Source: Aplysia californica
Taxonomy: Eukaryota
Direction: 5' to 3'
Length of the DNA: 64,000 nt
Assembly (NCBI RefSeq): GCF_000002075.1
Contig: NW_004797318.1
Span: forward strand, 1,035,737 to 1,099,736
Under the pieces are notes generated by a model that was given only the letters and a program-made list of their open reading frames with translations, had not been told where the DNA came from and ran no database searches. A program made the translations under genes and the position numbers. How positions within the stretch are numbered: position 1 is the stretch's first letter; each line of letters begins with the position of its first letter. Shown piece by piece: positions 60,601 to 64,000 of the stretch.

Positions 60601-63600
60601 ATACGGAACAAAACCGCAAAGTCAACCCATGACGGGATCCGTAGTATGTGAGTTAAATCTGTAATGTAGATGCCTCAGTGCCTGATCTAGAGGCTTCACC
60701 TACCTTCTTCTCTGTAAAAGAAAACCATTTCTATAAATATTCAGGAGGCCAGAAATTAGGTTTATTTATCCCTTGTTGTGCCATTAGTGAATCTTTGAAC
60801 AGATTTTACAGTGCTGCCCAAGAGTGTTATTGTAATTATAAAAAATTATGAGCANNNNNNNNNNNNNNNNNNNNNNNNNNNNNNNNNNNNNNNNNNNNNN
60901 NNNNNNNNNNNNNNNNNNNNNNNNNNNNNNNNNNNNNNNNNNNNNNNNNNNNNNNNNNNNNNNNNNNNNNNNNNNNNNNNNNNNNNNNNNNNNNNNNNNN
61001 NNNNNNNNNNNNNNNNNNNNNNNNNNNNNNNNNNNNNNNNNNNNNNNNNNNNNNNNNNNNNNNNNNNNNNNNNNNNNNNNNNNNNNNNNNNNNNNNNNNN
61101 NNNNNNNNNNNNNTTTGTTATAAGAAATGAATTAGATGTATGTGAAATTATCCTTGCACGACATGTTTCCCTCTTGTTTGTGGCCCTACAGAGTTTACTA
61201 ACAGACGAACAAGTAGCCAACGCCCCAGTGTTGATACTGGGCAACAAGATTGACATGCCAGGTGCTGCCAGCGAGGAAGAGATCAGGCACTGGTTTGGCC
61301 TGCACAACTTGACCACAGGGAGGGTAAGACACTTTTACTTGCATACTTACATTCTTTTTGTTTATTAAACTGTGGAAGTATAATGGAGAACCTGTGTACC
61401 ATGGTTATTATACGTGTAACAACGCGGTGGAATCAGGCGCTTGCCAATTTTTGGGTGTTTAGAGTTATTGTTATCATCTTAACTCATTGACGACGCAAGT
61501 TTTTCACCAAAAATTTCCCTTGAGACGCACGATTCTTACCTATTTTTTAAAAAAGTCAGTGTGATAAACCTATCAACTGTACAGGTATAAAAGTTGACAC
61601 AAAGTAAGATCATCATGTATACTTACATAAAATGTATTTATTTGTACAAAAACTTTGAAAAAATTATGTTTTAGGTGAAAAAAAAAATTATATGTAAACG
61701 TGGAAAAAAACTTTTTTTTATGAGCTAAGCACATGGATCTCAGAATTGATCGTAGTGAATTAGAATGGTTTCAAACAATTAATACTGAGTGATATTATCT
61801 ATAAGAATAGTGACATTGCCAGGAGCATTGTAGTCTCCTGAATCAATAATCCCTAGCGCTTCGTTGGTTTCTTGTTTACGTAAAAAGTAGGTCAGGTCAG
61901 GGTGTTTCGGCAGATTGCTTATAGCTGACAATTTGGGTGACCAATGGTCGAAGGGATACAACCACGATAAAGTTAAATGGTTTAACTAACACTGGGAGTC
62001 ATTCCCCTTTAGATTCTTCAGAGTTTGTTGACCTCGCCAGGACCCGGCACGTCGTCAATGAGTTAAAGGTTTTTTTTGTCTTGCTTTTGATGAAAAAATA
62101 CCCGCCTTTCTTGAATAGAAGTCAGGATATTTGGAATTACAAAAAGTGGGGGTCTATTGGTTTCAGAGGTAAAGTTAGTGAGAAAATGGCTGTCAAATAT
62201 TGGTGACCTCTTTAGTTTGAGACTTATAGTCAACGTTTTTTTTTTATAGTAACATCCACACAGAAATGTGTTTTTGAATAGACATGAAAGGTATCGAGTC
62301 AAAAGATAAAAACTAGATACAAATTTCCAAACCAGTAAAAAAAATGCTGGTTTCTACGATTTTATTATTTTGACGAGGGCCTGATTTCACCATGATGCCG
62401 TACATATTTTATTGAGGGATTCCAAGCATTTCTGGACAGATTTATTGCTGGTTTTTTAGTCTTTTGAATGTTTTTCGATGATGGGCAAAAATACAAATAA
62501 GAAAAGAACTGAAGGGGTGTTGTGTTGGGCTGTTGTTCTATATGTAATAAGCTATTTTGTAGGTCTGTCATATCCCTTTTATATTGGTTTTACTTGTCAC
62601 ATTATTTTTTTGGTTGTATTCGGCTGTTGTATAATTGTCATGGTCTCTCTTTTCCTTCTCCTGGGGTACTTTGAAATTGATGTGATTTTGGAAGGTCTTT
62701 TTTCTTTCTTGTCTGTATGTTTTTTTCTCGGTGATCCTTTTCGTTTTTTCATGTACAATGTATCGTTATCGTTCAGGTCAATCTTTTTTCTTTCAAATCC
62801 CCCTGTGCGCTTTCTCTCCATTCATCAAAGTATTTGTGACTGGAGACTGGAGGGTTCCAATGTATTATTTTTTTTTAGAGAAATTTTTCTTCAGTTGTTT
62901 CAGTTTCAGGGGTGGTTTGCAGGTGCTCTGGTGTGATTTGCTCCTTCTTTCCTTTCAAGCATTTACCATCCTGATCTCTCCTCCTCCTTTTTTTGTGGGT
63001 GGTTGGCAGGTGCTCTCGTGTGGTTTTCTTCTTCTTTCCTATCAAACATTTATTGTCCTTATTTCCCCTCCTCCTTTTTTGTGTTTATTACTTTCTTGTA
63101 ACACCTCTAATCTTCGGCACTTATATGACCTTATTGTGTTGCAAGTGCCGTAAAACACTTACTAAAACTAAAACTAAACTTTTTTTTCTGTGTTTGTTAC
63201 TCTCTTGCAACACCTCTAATCTTCAGCACTTACTTTAATGATCTTATTTTGTTGTAAGTGCTGTAAAATTTACTAAAACTAAACAGCTGAGACGAAAATT
63301 AGTGTGCTCGATATGTCATACCACTGATCAGTTTTATTATGACCAACAACCCATTTGTAATGTGTTGGTGGTTGGTGGGTGCTTTGATGTGTTTTTTTTC
63401 TTTTTTTTTGTGTGTGTTGGTTAATCCCTTGCAACACCTCTAGTCTTCGGGACTTATATGATCTAAATGTGTTGCAAGTGCCGTAAAACTCTTACTAAAA
63501 CTAAGCTAAACAACTGAGACGGAAATTAGTATGCCCGATAGGTCATACCACTGATCGGTTTATGATGAAATGGTGTCATCTTATTAAGGCCTAACAGCCC

Positions 63601-63751
63601 ATTTGTAATGCCTCAATCTCTCTCTCTTCCCCAGGGCACAGTTTCAAGAAGCGAACTGCCCGGCCGGCCCATGGAGCTGTTCATGTGCAGTGTGCTCAAG
63701 CGACAGGGCTATGGGGAGGGCTTCCGCTGGCTGGCACAGTACATCAACTAG
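53260..63751 (+). CDS. SAR1: GTP-binding protein Sar1 (COPII small GTPase), whole gene model
   Basis: Exons 53260-53302, 54200-54319 OR 54803-54922, 55933-55998, 59004-59107, 61192-61323, 63635-63751 total 582 nt, 193 aa; [29 protein letters not shown]. Confidence 0.98.
54200..54319 (+). CDS. SAR1: Sar1 alternative exon 2a, divergent P-loop/switch I
   Basis: ctag|...A|gtaagt, 120 nt, [40 protein letters not shown]. Confidence 0.85.
54803..54922 (+). CDS. SAR1: Sar1 exon 2b, canonical P-loop/switch I
   Basis: ccag|...A|gtaagt, 120 nt, [40 protein letters not shown]. Confidence 0.96.
55933..55998 (+). CDS. SAR1: Sar1 exon 3
   Basis: [22 protein letters not shown]. Confidence 0.96.
57578..57650. 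repeat. (TA)n microsatellite
   Basis: Directly visible. Confidence 0.95.
57660..57930 (+). mobile_element. LINE apurinic endonuclease fragment
   Basis: FYDLL...MGDLNGRV...[24 protein letters not shown]. Confidence 0.8.
59004..59107 (+). CDS. SAR1: Sar1 exon 4
   Basis: [35 protein letters not shown]|gtgagt. Confidence 0.96.
61192..61323 (+). CDS. SAR1: Sar1 exon 5
   Basis: [32 protein letters not shown]. Confidence 0.96.
61483..62062. mobile_element. TTAA-flanked MITE
   Basis: TTAA|CTCATTGACGACG ... CGTCGTCAATGAG|TTAA, perfect 13-bp TIR. Confidence 0.75.
62909..63610 (+). repeat. Tandem cluster of family B 3' ends
   Basis: Three tail copies plus a duplicated flank gagacg.aaattagt...cccatttgtaatg. 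Confidence 0.75.
63635..63751 (+). CDS. SAR1: Sar1 last coding exon
   Basis: [41 protein letters not shown]. Confidence 0.96.
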   Translation, partial: GTVSRSELPGRPMELFMCSVLKRQGYGEGFRWLAQYIN

Positions 63752-64000
63752 TGGCTGCACACCTCACCAGAGGAGGGGAGAGGGCGGGGTGGGGTGGGGG
63801 GGGGGGGGCAGGGCAGAGGGTGGGAAGATGGTTGGGGAGAGCGTTGGAGAGACGAACCGAGTGTGGTAGCGGTTGAAAGGAGAACTAAATAACTGCAAGT
63901 CTGGGTATCAGATAGTTTTGTGTTGTGTGTTTTGTTTTTTTTCTTCCCGCTCCTCCGGATGTATGAGTTCCTACGTCTTGACCTTTTGGTCGGGTAAATT

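Overview
Eukaryotic, intron-rich animal DNA with four assembly gaps; the SINE types suggest a mollusc, probably a gastropod, but this is inference. Three spliced genes were reconstructed by hand from GT-AG boundaries and codon phase: a Sec24A/B-type COPII coat gene (+, about 1.3-28.5 kb, with one or more exons hidden in a gap), mitochondrial ribosomal protein S24 (-, 47.7 to 36.3 kb, 168 aa) and the COPII GTPase Sar1 (+, 53.3-63.8 kb, 193 aa). The strongest finding is that Sar1 has two tandem 120-nt versions of the exon encoding the P-loop and switch I. One is canonical. The other is divergent and partly Arf-like, yet is clearly under purifying selection. The intron between them has nested complementary stems plus RBFOX and QKI-type motifs, which fits a regulated mutually exclusive isoform switch. 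A possible second duplicated Sar1 exon emerges from an assembly gap. Other points: Sec24 and Sar1 are linked as SEC24A and SAR1B are in human; inverted copies of one repeat bound a segment whose inversion would restore the head-to-head order; the Sec24 start codon appears split by intron 1; a partial Sec24 exon duplication has gained a new acceptor. The introns also hold many SINE, LINE, hAT, pogo-like and TTAA-flanked elements.
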